Source of the DNA: Squalus acanthias
Taxonomy: Eukaryota
Length of the DNA: 64,000 bases
Reading direction: 5' to 3'
Assembly (NCBI GenBank): GCA_030390025.1
Contig: CM059438.1
Coordinates: 65,412,001 to 65,476,000 of the forward strand
Shown one piece after another: positions 1 to 13,313 of the stretch (position 1 is its first letter; each line of letters starts with the position of its first letter). The notes under the pieces were generated by a model. That model was not told where the DNA came from and did no database searches. It worked only from the letters and a program-made list of their open reading frames with translations. Both the position numbers and the translations under genes were made by a program.

Positions 1-3000
1 TACGGACTCAAGGGAGGAGCATGGACCACTACTGGCCGAGTTATTGGAGCTGCTAGCGAGAAAGGGTTTTAAAGTTAACCCTAAGAAAGCACGGATCGGT
101 CAGCAGGAAGTAAAATTCCTGGGGCTGACCATTCGCGCTGGGGAAAGAGCCATAGATAAGGCTAGGAGGGAGTCGGTGCAAGAGTTACCGATTCCCAACA
201 CCATAAGGGGTGTGAGGTCCTTTTTGGGACTGACCGGTTACTGCAGAGATTTTATCGAAGACTATGCGGCCACAGCAGCGCCGCTGCTCCGACTCCTCCA
301 TAAGGGAGTGGAGTGGTCTTGGGACGAGGGCTGCCAGGCAGCCTTCGAGAAGTTAAAAAGGAATTTTCAGACCGCGCCAGCTTTAGGGGCCATAGATGGG
401 GGGAAGGAATTTTTCCTGGAGGTAGCTGCCAGCGGAGACAGCTTGAGCGCTGTGCTGCTCCAAGAGCGTCACGGCAAGCTGAGGCCGGTTGTCTATTCGA
501 CCAGGGTGTTAACGGATGTGGAGAGGAGTTTCTCCAATTGTGAAAGGCATCTTTTAGCCACGCATTGGGCTGTGAAAAGATCCGCGATCTTCACAGGGCT
601 CTCTCACATCACTCTCCTCACCCATCACACACCAACTAAGATGCTTCTAGATGGGAGGATTAAGGATGGGACCGTAAGCAGCGCTCGAATTGCGCGCTGG
701 ACCCTTCTCCTTTCCCAGATGGATCTTAGAGTTAAAGGTCTTTGCGAGCCCAGGCTTGCGGCCAATTTGGTATACCCCGGTACAGCCCACCAGTGATCGG
801 TGGAAGGGGTGTGGGAAGTCAACATAGGTTTGCGGGCCGGGATACATCCCACAGGGCGCGAGATTTATGTTGATGGTTCCAGCACAGTGTCCGTTGGCGA
901 ACGACTCACAGTGTGTGGAGTTTATGACCCTGCGGCAAACCTTGCCCTGGCGATTAAGCTCCCCAGCACCATAAGCGCGCAGCAAGCTGAGCTGTCTGCG
1001 GTGGCGTATGTCGTTACCCACCCAGAAACTTTCCCAACCCCATACACGATTTGCTCGGACAGTATGTTCACATGCAATTCATGTACGGAATACCTGGCCA
1101 TTTGGTCCCGCCGTGGATACACCTCCGCGGACGGGCGACCTTTAACGGTGAAGCCCTTGCTGGAAAAGATCCTAGCAGCAGTAGGGAGGAAGGGGAGATT
1201 TTCATCCATAAGGTGAAGGCTCACTCCTCCACAGAGCCCCGTGGGGAGGGCAACCAGCAGGCGGATGCGCTAGCCAGGGAGGGTGCCCGTAACGGCATTT
1301 TCTGGGACCCCTATGGGCCCGGACCCGTGGCAGCGATCCAAGGCAGGGACGGGAATCCCGGGAACACCAGGGTAGCATTGCCCCTAGACCTTAAGACCGT
1401 CCAGAACCAGGATCCCGCCCTAAAAGCAGTTCTCAGAACCATTGCTGAGGGCAAGCAGGTAGAGGGTCCGTACAGTACGGCAACCCTCTCCGTCAAAGAA
1501 GGCATGCTGTTCCGCGAGGAGCAGTGGGTTGTGCCGCAGCAGCACAGGAGGGAATTCCACCAGTTGGCTCATGAGGGGCTGGGGGTAGGGCACCCCGGGC
1601 CCGAGGTTACCTGGCAACGGGTAGAGCAGGCGGGATGGTGGCCGTGACTCAGGGAGCAGGTCCGCGAGTTCTGTGCTAGCTGTCTTGTGTGCGCTGCAAA
1701 CAACCCAGACCCCCAGAAAAGGAAAGTGCCCATGGGGCACATCAGGAGGGTTGAGGGACCATGGCAGTCGATACAGATCGACTATATAGGGCCCCTGCCC
1801 ACCACTCAGGGAGGCTACAAATACTGCCTCGTCTTGGTGGATGTGTTTTCCAAATGGGTAGTAGCCTTCCCCTGTAAAACAGCTACGGCGCTGGGTACTG
1901 CAAAAATCTTGGTCCGGGAAGTGTTCTCGCGGTGGGGACTCCCCCGTTTCGTGGAGTCAGACCAAGGGAGTCATTTCACCGGCCAGGTGATGCAGAACAC
2001 CCTCATGCTTTTGGGCATTGAAGGGAAGTGGCATGTATCGCACAATCCCCAGTCATCCGGGATTGTTGAACACATGAACCGGACCCTGAAGGAGAAATTG
2101 AGGAAAGAGACTATGAACTCACCCCCAAAATGGGCGGAGGTTCTGCCTCTAGTCCTCATGGGGATCCGGGCCAGTCAGTCGAAAAGTACGGGGTATTCTC
2201 CGCACGAGGTGATGACTGGGAGGATCATGCGAACCCCCACCCATGTACTAGCGCCGGTGCTCACTGAGGGTCAGCTCCAAGAGGTAAGCAGGGACAAGTT
2301 TGTCCAGACCCTCTTGGAGCGCCTGAAGCAGGTTTATGAGAAGGCGGCTGGGAACATGGGAAGGCAGCATCAGGGCAATCGCCTGTTGCTGGAACCCCGC
2401 AAGAAGCAGGAGTGGGAAGTAGGAGACCAGGTCATGGTCAGAAACTATGCCAGAGTAGGGAGTCTGGAACCACTGTATATGGGACCTTACAGCATTGTAG
2501 ATAAGGCGAGTCCCATGGTATACGCCGTAAAGGTACCTCGGCGCACTAAGTGGTTCCACGTAAATCAGTGCAAACTGTATAAGCCGGGCGCACAAGGGCC
2601 AACCACAGGGGCCAAACCTGCGAGTGGGGACTCGCAGCCCCGGGTAGGACCGCAGGGCACGCAGGCTGGCAAAGCAGCTTGCATCAGGGGAGAGGACATC
2701 CTAGCAAAATGTAGGATCCTTTATTGGGGTTGGGAGTCAGATGAGGAAGAGTTCGAGGAGCTCGACCAAGATAGTGACCCGAGCGAAGAGGAGCTGGGAT
2801 CGGAGGACGAAAGGTTTGCCCCCGATTCAAGTAAAGGGAAGATAGGGACTGCGAGTGGAGGTCCACACAGGGTGGAAGCAGAAGCTGCAGGTCCCGAACT
2901 CAGGGGGGCGGAGCTAGGGGAGGCGGAGCCAGCGGCTGTGGTGGGACCACAGGACGTGGCGATGGAAGTCTCAGAACCCAGTCTGTCCGCCTTGGAAGTC

Positions 3001-3402
3001 TTGCCCTCGGGGGAGGTAGGGACTGCGAGTGAAGGGCCGCCTACTGGGCCAAGTAGGGCGGTGCCAGAGACTGCAGATCCCGAGTTCAGGGAGGCGGAGC
3101 CAGGGGAGGCGGAGCCAGCAGCTGTGGTGGGACCACAGGTCGCGACGGTGGAAGCCTCGAAACCCGGTCCGTCGGTTCTGGAGTTCTTGCCCCCGGTAGC
3201 CCCCCGTAGGTCAAGTCGGACACCCCAGCCCAGGAAGGTATGGTCAAGTCCCCAGAGTGTCCCAAGGCGTAGGTTCAAGGCTAAGGCAGCCCAGGGAGAG
3301 CCCAGTCACAGCGCAGCAGCGACAGGCTGCGGCAGATCAAAGGAAGGGGTCGGTGCCCTCCAACCGTTGGGAAAAGCTCGTGGCCGCCTTCACAGAATTT
3401 GA
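1..3402 (+). pseudogene. pol: pol of copy A (RT end, tether, RNase H, integrase, C-terminal tail), disrupted
   Basis: ORF pieces 44-796, 800-1216, 1051-1647 and 1687-3402. Premature TGA at 794-796 and 1645-1647, frameshift near 1185. Motifs IYVDGS, QQAELSA, SDS, QIDYIG, SDQG and GPY. Confidence 0.92.
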
Positions 3403-3674
3403 GTAGGCCGCCCTGGGAACGGGCGGCGCTGTACAGTTTATAAGATAAGTGATAAGTTTTATAGTTTGTAAGTGTTTGTAAGTTTCATAGTTTAATTTTG
3501 ATAAGTAAAAGATAAATGATGGGAGTTTAGATTAGGTTTAGTTAAAAGATCTATCCAGTGCACATGTCTTCTTACGTGAGGCGAGATCAAGGGACCCGCT
3601 CACCCTTCACAAAAGCCAGAGACTCTTGGGAGGCTGGCTACAGCATGTTATCTGATCACAGGAACCAAGGAAGG

Positions 3675-6024
3675 ATGGAACGGATTCTGGTAGTGCTCGC
3701 GGCATTTGGATGTGGATTGGCCTATCGAGGCCGCACCAAGGATGTCGTGGTATTTGGTTGCTCCGGGGACACGGCCCCCATCGCGATGGATGGGACCGGG
3801 AGGCGAGAGGCTGAGGAGACAGCCACTTATTTCCACAAGGGAAGGTGGCCAGGATGGCTGGGAACGAATTCAACTGAATACTCCAGTACATCGGGATTTG
3901 CCTACAAAGAGACTTCTTTGATGTGCCCCAAAGTGAGGATCATTGCACCCAGGATCAGAGTCACCGTCGGCAAAAGGATTTGTTTGACTTGCAATGGGAA
4001 TGTCCCATTGAGCCGATGGTGGTGGCTACGGAAATTGAACAAGAATATGAGAAATTCCTCGGTTGAGTGGGAGCGCTTGGGTAATAATACCCATCGGACA
4101 ATTACGGGGACTAACGGACAATTGAAAGTCTGTTGGGACAAATGGTGGGAACCGGATGAGGGAATCTATGTATGTATGTGGGGGTCAAAGCACGTTTGCC
4201 CCAAAGGCATCTCCATATTTTTTGTAAATCAGTGGCAGGATTATGGGAAAGGATGAGGTGGGATGCTAGCACCAGGGGGTGCACAGCTCCATACTCTCCG
4301 ATCCCGGTAAACGCCACCGAACTCATCACGCGCCCACGCAAAGCTCCGCCCACGATTACGGTGGTTTTGGCTCAGGAAGAAGGGTGCCCTAAAACCAGTA
4401 AGGGACCCGGGAATGGTTTGGTACTGGTCCCAACAGACCAGATACTATTTCAAGGGGTACATTACGCGGTGGCCTCGGTGATTTTAAATCTCACCGAGGT
4501 GCGGTTGCCAGAGTGGTGCCCCAAAGAGACGGAACAATTGTACCAGGTCCTATTGACAAACATGTTTAAACAATTCTATGAGTTTGATTTTGCAGAGATT
4601 GACAAGACAAGCTTGTACACCACACCACACGAAGTTTTGGGTCAGGTGGGGAGACAAAGAAGGGGTATTGTGAACGATATGTTCACCGCTTTTAATACAG
4701 GAACATCTGTGGTCAACGCTCTAGACAACGTGGAGCTGCAGACCCAGATCAATGGTTTAAAAACACAATTAAAGAATATTCTTACAGACGTAAATAAGGT
4801 GGTTGGGTCTGGGTTACATGAAGACCAGGCCATGACGCTACACTTAAAGGAAATTATAGCTGAGCTGGAGAAACATGCGCGTACGGTAAATGCCCTGATC
4901 AGGGAAGATCGGAATGCGTCCGATCAAGCTGCGCAGAACGAGGTGTGCGTGCTTTACAGGGCGTGGTTACTGGGCGAGGGCCGCAGTAATTTGGAGGATT
5001 TAAAACAAGGTTTGGTCCCGTCCTGGATAAGTAACAAACACCTGCAGGCACGCCACCCTTTTCAGAACGCATTAAGCCCGTGCCAGCTCAGGCTAGCTTC
5101 AGAAGCATACCCAGTCCCCGTGGACTGCGGACGATCAAACCATACCATATGGGTATAGTGTTACGTATGCCAGTTTTGGGCGACACAGCAAAGCCCGCCC
5201 CGGTGTATCGGGTAGAGAACATTGGTGTCATTCAGGGGGGAGCCCACATTCGCTACGCAGCGGTCCCACCTTACGTCATCCGCTGGGAACAAACGATGAC
5301 AGGTACCGACCTATCGGGTTGTCGTGGCCGGGGAGCACACATAATCCTGTGTCCCCAGCACTTGAATGCCTTCTTATCACCACAGTGTGGGTTCAGAACG
5401 GCTGGCGCCAAGCCCATGAATTGCACCATGGAGGCAATGGCACAAGATCATGTGCCTCCGCAGGTGGCATACATAGGGGATGGAACATATTGTGTTACCA
5501 CTGCAGCGCAACACTACCAGCATGGAAACCGTAGTCGGTGTCCGGTGAGTGACAGCAGTTTCTGTTTTAAACCCAGGGCTGAAGTTCAAGTGGCACAGCA
5601 GCGAATTGTCCCGATCCCTGAACCATCCACGGTTCATCTAACAGTAAAAGAGAATTTTACCGACTTACAGCGATTCGTCACGCATTTCGGATACCTCATT
5701 CCCCCTCTCCCTGAACACCTCACCAAACTTTTGAAAGCCGTTGCGGTTTTGCAGAAACATTTTTATACCCTTGAGCAAAAGACCGTCGAGATAGGGTCAG
5801 AGATCCTAGACATAGTAATCCCACCGTGGTGGGATCTGTTCACCAACATTGAAGTGCCCTCCTGGATTAGAATAGCCTCCCACATTTTAGTTGTATGCCA
5901 GGCCATAATTGTAGTGTACCTATTGGTCGTGCATTGCAAGAGGGGCAAGCGCCTCACCAAGCAGGAAAACACGGGAGAGTGGCGAGCGCGTTACGTGCGC
6001 GTGCACGAAGAAAGCGCCGCGTAA
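3675..6024 (+). pseudogene. env: env of copy A (signal peptide, Ig-like domain, F-like fusion protein), two frameshifts
   Basis: ORF pieces 3558-4256, 4172-5158 and 5080-6024 are collinear with intact env 49311-51821. Frameshifts near 4250 and 5147. RQRR furin site and C-terminal TM segment. Confidence 0.9.
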
Positions 6025-6463
6025 ACGGCCAGAGTGGCGCCACTCCAGTTTTCCATGTGTGTCTCGAAATTGTTTAATTGATTGTTATTTTTCTTAGAAC
6101 CTGTAACTAAGTTTGGAACTCTGTATGTTTAAGAGTTGTTTTGATTATTTTTAATTTTGTGTTGTTGAATTATGGTTGTTTGATTGTTTTGTTTTTCTTT
6201 TCCTTGAATAATAAAAAAAACATGCACATACAGGTGGTGCAAGAGGCATCAGCCTGTTACACCTGGAAGACATGCACGCGGTGTAAGTTAAAGACAAATA
6301 CTGCCTACGGTTTTATAAAAATGTAATTTTTCCCTGGGAAATAAGGACGACACGGAGACCCTAGATAGTTTAAGTTAAGGGAGTATTTGGATATGGAGAA
6401 TCGAGATAATGTTGCTCACCACCACTTTTAATTGATACGATAAGTGGAGTTATTCGCATCAAC

Positions 6464-6472
6464 AGGAGGGAC
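6464..6472 (+). other. Polypurine tract of copy A
   Basis: AGGAGGGAC directly abuts the LTR TG; identical in copy B. Confidence 0.8.
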
Positions 6473-8085
6473 TGTAGAATTCGCAAATTATCGCGATTTC
6501 AAAATAATGAGAAAGAGACATACAGTTTCGTAAAAACAGCTTTATTTCAGCAAAATGCTGTCATGTTTCAAAACGGACACAAGTAGCCTGTAAAATGGCC
6601 GCCGTGCCCCGTGGCAGAAGGTTCCAGATTTTTCAGTAGGCAGACAAGATGGCGTTTCAATAAACATTTCAGCAAGATCGGACAGTACTCAGCATATTGA
6701 TATAAGACAAGACGCGATCTTTTTGCATTTTTAACACCTAAGCAAGAAATATAAGTGCTGGAGTCGGTTTTCCATACACAAATGGGGGCTATTGTACTGG
6801 GCAATCAAGGGCCCATCCAAAGACATTGATACGCAAATTCCACGCGGCTCTACGATGAGAGAGCCGTTCGCGGGTACTCACAGCAAGAATTCGGAGGCCC
6901 CCAAAACCCCTCCAGGGAGACTCCTAGCCGGTTCCACAATGGGAGAAATATTAACGGGTACTTAGACAGTTACAAGTATCACCGAAACCCATTAACGACA
7001 AGAACCACCCCATACAAGAAGTTTGAGCGCCAAAACATGACAAAAGATGAACATTAAGTTTGGGCGGGAGATAAGGAATTACAGTACTATAACTGTAGTG
7101 TCCAAACGCCCATCGCTCTCTTATCCTTTTCATTTGCTTGGAATCGTCTCTTGGCAATTATCCCGGACGACCGTTACTCTCTCTTGTTCTGCTGATCCCT
7201 TTTGGGGTCGATCTCGTGGCGCGCTGCGAAATCGGGTGCACCATCCCGAAGGTCGGTAAACGGTGTCTGGACCCGAAGGCCCGAGGAGATGAGATGAGAT
7301 GAGAAGAGAAGAAGAAGAATCCACGTGCCGCCGCGGTCAGTAAACCCTGACCGCGCCCGTAAATATAAAGACCATTTTTGAACTCTACAGGTTACTGCAT
7401 GAACTGGTCAAAGACTTTTCTTTGAATTCTACCGGTTAACTGGTGTCGGTCCAGAAAGACTTTTCTTTGAGTTCTGCAGCCGGGCCTGAGCACTGTCGAG
7501 TTCTTCATGACAACGGGGAGCCCAGCCTGCTTGCAGCAGCAGAGCGAGTAAACAAGTGGGGTACAGAGACCCCTGATCAACACGTGAATAGTCAGGTGCT
7601 GTGGCGAAAACATCCGAGCATCGTTTTAGAATTCTCCGAGTTATCACGAGTGGTGAGCATGGATCTCGATCCTACAGATCTAGATTAGGACAGGTATTAA
7701 TAGGGGAGGGTTTTTGTTTTAAGGATAATTATAATGTGTGTCCCCTTTTACGATGTGTCGTGCGCTCCTCGTTTCCCTAAACCTAGTTTCCTAAATGAAT
7801 GTAAGCTTGTACTGTCATTAATCTGTGCTTATGACATGTATTTCGTAATCTTGAACAATATGCAATAAAGATTTTCCATTTCGTACTATTCAACCGGGTC
7901 TACCTGAGTTTTCTCTGCATTACTGCTCTCGCACCTAAGTCCAGTGTCAGAACCGTAAGGGCGAGTGGGTCGAACCACTCACAGGTGTCTAGTGCTACCA
8001 GGCTGGCTGGAGACCAGAACAGGCAACAAGGCCTAACCCCACACTAGCACCCAGGCTAAGCACAGAGCCACGCGAACCCCTTACA
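6473..8085 (+). repeat. 3' LTR of copy A (1,613 bp, TGTA...TACA)
   Basis: Starts TGTAGAATTCGC and ends CCCTTACA like the copy B LTRs. AATAAA at 7864-7869; GC box and TATAA near 7061-7092. Confidence 0.9.
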
Positions 8086-8829
8086 GTCTCAAATGTCGTC
8101 TTGAATGACACACCTCACTGAATAACCTCCATAAACGTGCTGTATGCAGAGGGTTTGGAACCTAATACAAAAATCACTACAGCTATCGGGATTCCTGTAA
8201 CAATCCCCAGTTACCAGTATATAGAAGGCTGGCTTCGTCCTTGTGAACTGTGGCTGATTTCCTCCATATCAGTGTTTGCCAATACATTAGGCACTAGCTA
8301 CATGTGACTAATTGTGAATCCAGATGTGGTAAATTGCATTTCTGATAAGTAAATTAAAATGAGTAATCTACACTGTTGTGGAGCAGGTGATCTCAATACT
8401 CATATTGGCATGGGGTGTGCATGTGCACTGTGATCTTTTTGTGCTATTGGTAGAAAAATGGTAAGGAGAAAAGCAGAGTATGCAAGTGGTTTTGATTGTT
8501 GTGAGCGCTTTACTTCTTTGGCTACTGAGCAGTGGTAGATGTTTTTTATGTAAATATCCACATGTGAAGTACATTTATTCGTATTGTATGAGTGTAATCA
8601 AGGTGTTTTCTATTAAAATTAGTGCTAAAACAGTGTCGCCATACCCACACCTGTGGCCAGTCAGCAATTTCTATTGGACAACACTACTGTATATTTTAAA
8701 TCTTCTCCAGTTATAGTGGCATGCATTTCACTCGACATCTTCAAGTGACTTACCCTTGAATCTGCTTCTAAGTGACTGATATTTCCTTAACTCCCAATTT
8801 CTCTGATTCAGAATTAGAAAGAAAGAACA

Positions 8830-9320
8830 AATGGACTTGCATTTATATATTGACCAAGAATTTCCTTGCAGTTCCTCCCGTTCCATCATTGTAACTTCGC
8901 CGGACACTCCGTTTATGGGCCAGTGTCTTTCCACGCCCCAAAGCACCTTACTCCAATTGATAACTTTTGAAGTTCAGTAACTGTTGCTATGTAGGCGAAT
9001 GTGGCAGCCAATTTGCACACCGCAAGGTCCCATACATAGCCAATGAATAACCAGATAACCTGTTTTGGTGGTGCTGGTTGAGGGAGAACTCTCTTGCCAC
9101 CTTGTTCTTCTTTGAATAGTGCCATTTGGTCTTCTATGTGTACCATGTGTACCTGAACAGGCAGACAATGCTTTGGATTAACTTCTCATCTGATGGACAA
9201 TGTAGAACTCCCTCAGTACTGCACTGAAATGTTAGCCTGGATTACACGCTGAAGTCCGAAATTTAAACCTAGAACCTTTTTGGCGCAGAAACAGGCGTGC
9301 TACCAAATGAGCCAAGCTAA
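8830..9320 (-). mobile_element. Degenerate tRNA-derived SINE (Deu-domain/L2-tail type)
   Basis: Shares the ctccctcagtactgcactg core and tail with the SINEs at 39738-40180 and 42860-43245; boundaries approximate. Confidence 0.55.
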
Positions 9321-10321
9321 AGTTGAATTCTTGATGGGCCGATGACATGTCCATGTGTTGAGGCAAGCATTCTGCAAAGTCAACAAGCAGCACACAAGTA
9401 GCAAAACAGCTGAGACCTGCATTCTGGGAGATAACCGATTGGGCAATTAGCCCATGTGTAATTTCAGAAGCAGTACTTTTTTTTTAATAGATAAAATGGA
9501 CAGTAGAATGGGAATTCAGTCCGATAAACGAGTGAAAGACTGCAAATTGTTTCATACGGCAACCATTTAGAATTTATCAACTCGCTCGATGACCTCAGGA
9601 ACCAATTTAAAATGAGGCCGGACAAGCAGAAGCCTTGACCACCATGAAATGATGGGATTTGTTGTTTTCCTACCCGTGTGATCACAGTGATCCAATTTTC
9701 CCATTAAGTATGGGATTTCAAAAATAAATAACAGCATGGCAATTAGTTGTTTCTACACCAGCTGTTGAATTTCCATTACTTTCATCTGTTGCACAGTTAA
9801 TTTAAAATGTTCCAAACTTACATTCATTCTGAAGCAGTTTATAGCAGCTATAATGGATTGTTTTGCGATTGAAGTTTCACATTAACAATCTGCCTCCTAC
9901 TTCGCATCCATGATTTTGCAATGTAAATGGTGTAATCTCACATGTCATAAAATAATGGGTGTCCATGGCAACATCTGGGAATTGGTGACCTGAGGGTAGA
10001 ATCTCGGTGTACGAACGAGTCAGTTTTTCAGACTGTTTCTCTATCTCAGTCAGAATAATTCCAACTACAGGCCAGGAGAGAAATTGTCGAAGCTATTTCC
10101 TACTTTTGAACAGTAATTTCACTTCAGTAAATAAAAAGGGAGCATTTAGTGCTAAATGTTTGTGAATTTATGTGTGCGTAGCATCCTGTCAATTGTGAGG
10201 ACAAGAACCAGACGGGACCCCATTGCCCCTCACCCAAAGTCTCGGGTGGTATCAGCCGGATCAGGTGAATTGGTACCCCATCCTTGCACCAATCCTGAGC
10301 AAACATGTAATGGGATACAAT

Positions 10322-10937
10322 GGCCCAGAATTTGCTGGAGCTGGACATCTCGTGGCGTGCCCCGTTTAGTTGGACTTTTTCTCTCACCCTTCAACTCGAA
10401 AACTTTTCGCCCTGCAAGTTGCTGGAACTGCGAGCTGATAACAAGGGTAATGAGGCATCTTAGTGAACAATTGGACCAAATTAGATTAAGTTAACAAATT
10501 AGATTTAAGAACTGAGACAGAAACAGAGGAACAAGAGAGGAGGAAATAGGATAAATTAGAGTCAAATCAGGTACAGAAAGAGAAATAAAGAGAGGGAAAG
10601 AAAGATTAGCTTAAGAGAGAGAGAAAAGAGATAGAAATGAAAAGTAAGGAAAAAAGTGTAAAATTAAAAATTAAAAAAATCTCTATCAACAATTTGCTAC
10701 CTGTAGAAATGAGATATCACAATTTAAATTGTTCCCTTTCTGGGCCGGAGAGGTTGATTGGCATTGCAGGAAAATAAATCTTTTCATTAAAAAGGTACTT
10801 ACACTGTCGAGTACCAGCTCTAACTTTCTACAGCGAGTTTAATTGACAATTAATTTGCAAATGCAGCAACTTCATGAAACTCACGGGGAGGTTGAGGCCA
10901 TTAAAGTTGCAGTTATTTTGGCAACGAAATCTGGGCC
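10322..10937. mobile_element. Non-autonomous PIF/Harbinger-type MITE
   Basis: TIRs GGCCCAGAATTT...AAATCTGGGCC; 3-bp TSD AAT/AAT. Confidence 0.7.
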
Positions 10938-11761
10938 AATAAATTTCCAGCTGGTGTACGTTCTAGGAATTTGGGCCAGGAATTGTTTTCTGGGTGAATG
11001 TTTGCCGCTGGTAATTGTGAGCTGATTGCTGTCTGTTCCATTGAACTCACAGTTATTAAGACTTTAGTGCTGGCTGGTGAAGACATTCTATGTGGACACC
11101 TCTTTCCCTGTGTGATCAGATAGCATCTGCACTGAAAGTGAGAGTTTCCTGGATTTGGGTCCCTCAATTCCATATAGAATAAACGTTTTGTGTGATTTTA
11201 CATAACTCTAAAATTAACTGCTGATCCCAATACCAATGTTTCACTTGAGAAATATTCAGGATTAAAGTGGCAACTGACTAATGGACCCTCTTTTGTGACT
11301 CTCGAGATTACAGAATTACCGCATTATCTGATCAAGTCATTCTGCACTTGGCATCGCCCACATACCTTGGAAATGCGACTGGCACGTGTTGGCCAAGCAG
11401 CCAGCATATATGTTAAGGTGGCACCCATTGAATAGCATGAGCTGTTGGAGTAATCTAGGAGTTTTCAGGCATTTTACCCAAACTCTACCTGGTTAAGGGC
11501 TTTACTCTGATGCCCAGGTGAGTATCTGAGCAAACCAACTTGCACATATTCCCTGAGGACAAGTGTACCAACCCTTTCGTCACCCTGGCTCAGATCAGCT
11601 AACTTGGCATAGACCAGGAATCTGATCTGCGTGGCTTAGTTAATGGGACCGAGGCTAGATGCAGTCAAGTCTATTTATGATGCGGAGATGCCGGTGTTGG
11701 ACTGGGGTGGACAAAACTGAGAAGTCGCACAACACCAGGTTATAGTCCAACAGGTTTATTT

Positions 11762-11805
11762 GAAATCACAAGCTTTCGGAGCTGCTGCCCCTTCGTCAGG
11801 TGAAG
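11762..11805 (-). ncRNA. Minimal hammerhead ribozyme in PLE pseudo-LTR
   Basis: Minus strand CAC-CTGACGA-AGGGGC...GCTCC-GAAA-GCTT-GTG: core boxes, stem II and palindromic stem III. Confidence 0.65.
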
Positions 11806-12125
11806 TAAAGGAATACGAATCGACAAAGCATATATAGATAGAGAACAATGCATGTGTAGCGTACAGTGTCAGACGACTACATTTAATCCTCCTGACTGCC
11901 TTTTGTCACACCTCGGCAGAGAAACAATCAGGTCAGCCAGGAAGGCACATCAAAGACATAGCAAGATAAAACTGAGACAATGAGGTGGGGTTACAGGGGG
12001 TCTAATGTGTCAAATGCTGCAGTCTGTAAGGAAAACGATAAACTTTAAAAAAATTTACTTTTTTTTAATTTATACTGGAAATCACATCTGTGAACAAGCC
12101 AACGACGACTCGAGTCTGGATGACT

Positions 12126-13313
12126 CTATGTCATGTATTGTGACATGAACCCTAGATCCCGGTTGAGGCCATCCTCATGAGTGCGGAACTTGGCTATCAG
12201 TTTCTGCTCGATGATTTTGCGTTGTCGTGTGTCTCGAAGGCCGCCTTGGAGAACGCTTACCCGCAGATCCGAGGCTGAATGTCCTTGACTGCTGAAGTGT
12301 TCCCCGACTGGGAGGGAACACTCCTGCCTGGCGATTGTTGCGTGGTGTCCATTCATACGTTGTCTCAGTGTCTGCATGGTCTCGCCGATGTACCATGCTC
12401 TGGGGCATCCTTTCCTGCAACGTATCAGGTAGACAACGTTGGCTGAGTCACATGAGTATGTACCATGTACCTGGTGGGTATTATCCTCACGTGTGATGAT
12501 GGTATCTGTGTTGATGATCTGGCATGTCTTGCAGAGGTTGCCGTGGCAGGGTTGTGTGGTGTCGTGGTCGCTGTTTTCCTGAAAGCTGGGTAATTTGCTG
12601 CGAACGATGGTACTTCTGAGGTTAGGCGGCTGTTTGAAGGCGAGTAGTGGAGGCGTGGGGATGGCCTTAGCGAGGTGTTCGTCGTCATCGATGACATGTT
12701 GAAGGCTGCGAAGAACATGGCGTAGTTTCTCCGCTCCGGGGAAGTACTGGACGACGTAGGGTACCCTGTTGGTTGTGTCCCGTGTTCGCCTTCTGAGGAG
12801 GTCTATGCGATTTTTTGCTGTGGCCCGTCGGAACTGTCGATCGATGAGTCGAGCGTCATATCCCGTTCTTACGAGGGCATTTTTCAGCGTCCGTAGGTGT
12901 CCATCGCGTTCCTCCTCGTCTGAGCAGATCCTGTGTATTCGCAGGGCTTGTCCATAGGGGATGGCTTCTTTAATGTGGTTAGGGTGGAAGCTGGAGAAGT
13001 GGAGCATCGTGAGGTTGTCCGTGGGCTTGCGGTCGAGTGAAGTGCTGAGGTGTCCGTCTTTGATGGAGATTCGTGTGTCCAGGAATGAAACCGATTCTGA
13101 GGAGTAGTCCATGGTGAGTTTGATGGTGGGATGGAACGTGTTGATGTTATCGTGTAGTCTTTTCAGTGATCCTTCGCCGTGGGTCCAAAGGAAGAAAATG
13201 TCGTCGATGTATCTGGTGTACAGCGTTGGCTGGAGGTCCTGTGCAGCGAAGAAGTCTTGCTCGAACTTGTGCATGAAGATGTTGGCGTATTGGGGTGCGA
13301 ATTTGGTCCCCAT
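12126..13313 (-). CDS. PLE reverse transcriptase C-terminal half plus GIY-YIG endonuclease (5'-truncated, frame open)
   Basis: MGTKFAPQYAN, RYIDD, CKTC zinc motif, NVVYLIRC...WYIGET...RMNGH, GLN. Confidence 0.88.
   Translation of the reverse strand: MGTKFAPQYANIFMHKFEQDFFAAQDLQPTLYTRYIDDIFFLWTHGEGSLKRLHDNINTFHPTIKLTMDYSSESVSFLDTRISIKDGHLSTSLDRKPTDNLTMLHFSSFHPNHIKEAIPYGQALRIHRICSDEEERDGHLRTLKNALVRTGYDARLIDRQFRRATAKNRIDLLRRRTRDTTNRVPYVVQYFPGAEKLRHVLRSLQHVIDDDEHLAKAIPTPPLLAFKQPPNLRSTIVRSKLPSFQENSDHDTTQPCHGNLCKTCQIINTDTIITREDNTHQVHGTYSCDSANVVYLIRCRKGCPRAWYIGETMQTLRQRMNGHHATIARQECSLPVGEHFSSQGHSASDLRVSVLQGGLRDTRQRKIIEQKLIAKFRTHEDGLNRDLGFMSQYMT

Larger units (their letters stand above)
1..8085 (+). 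mobile_element. Defective env-bearing endogenous retrovirus (lokiretrovirus-like), copy A; 5' part lies outside the window
   Basis: pol-env-PPT-LTR order; proteins closely similar to the intact copy at 47273-60301. Confidence 0.93.
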
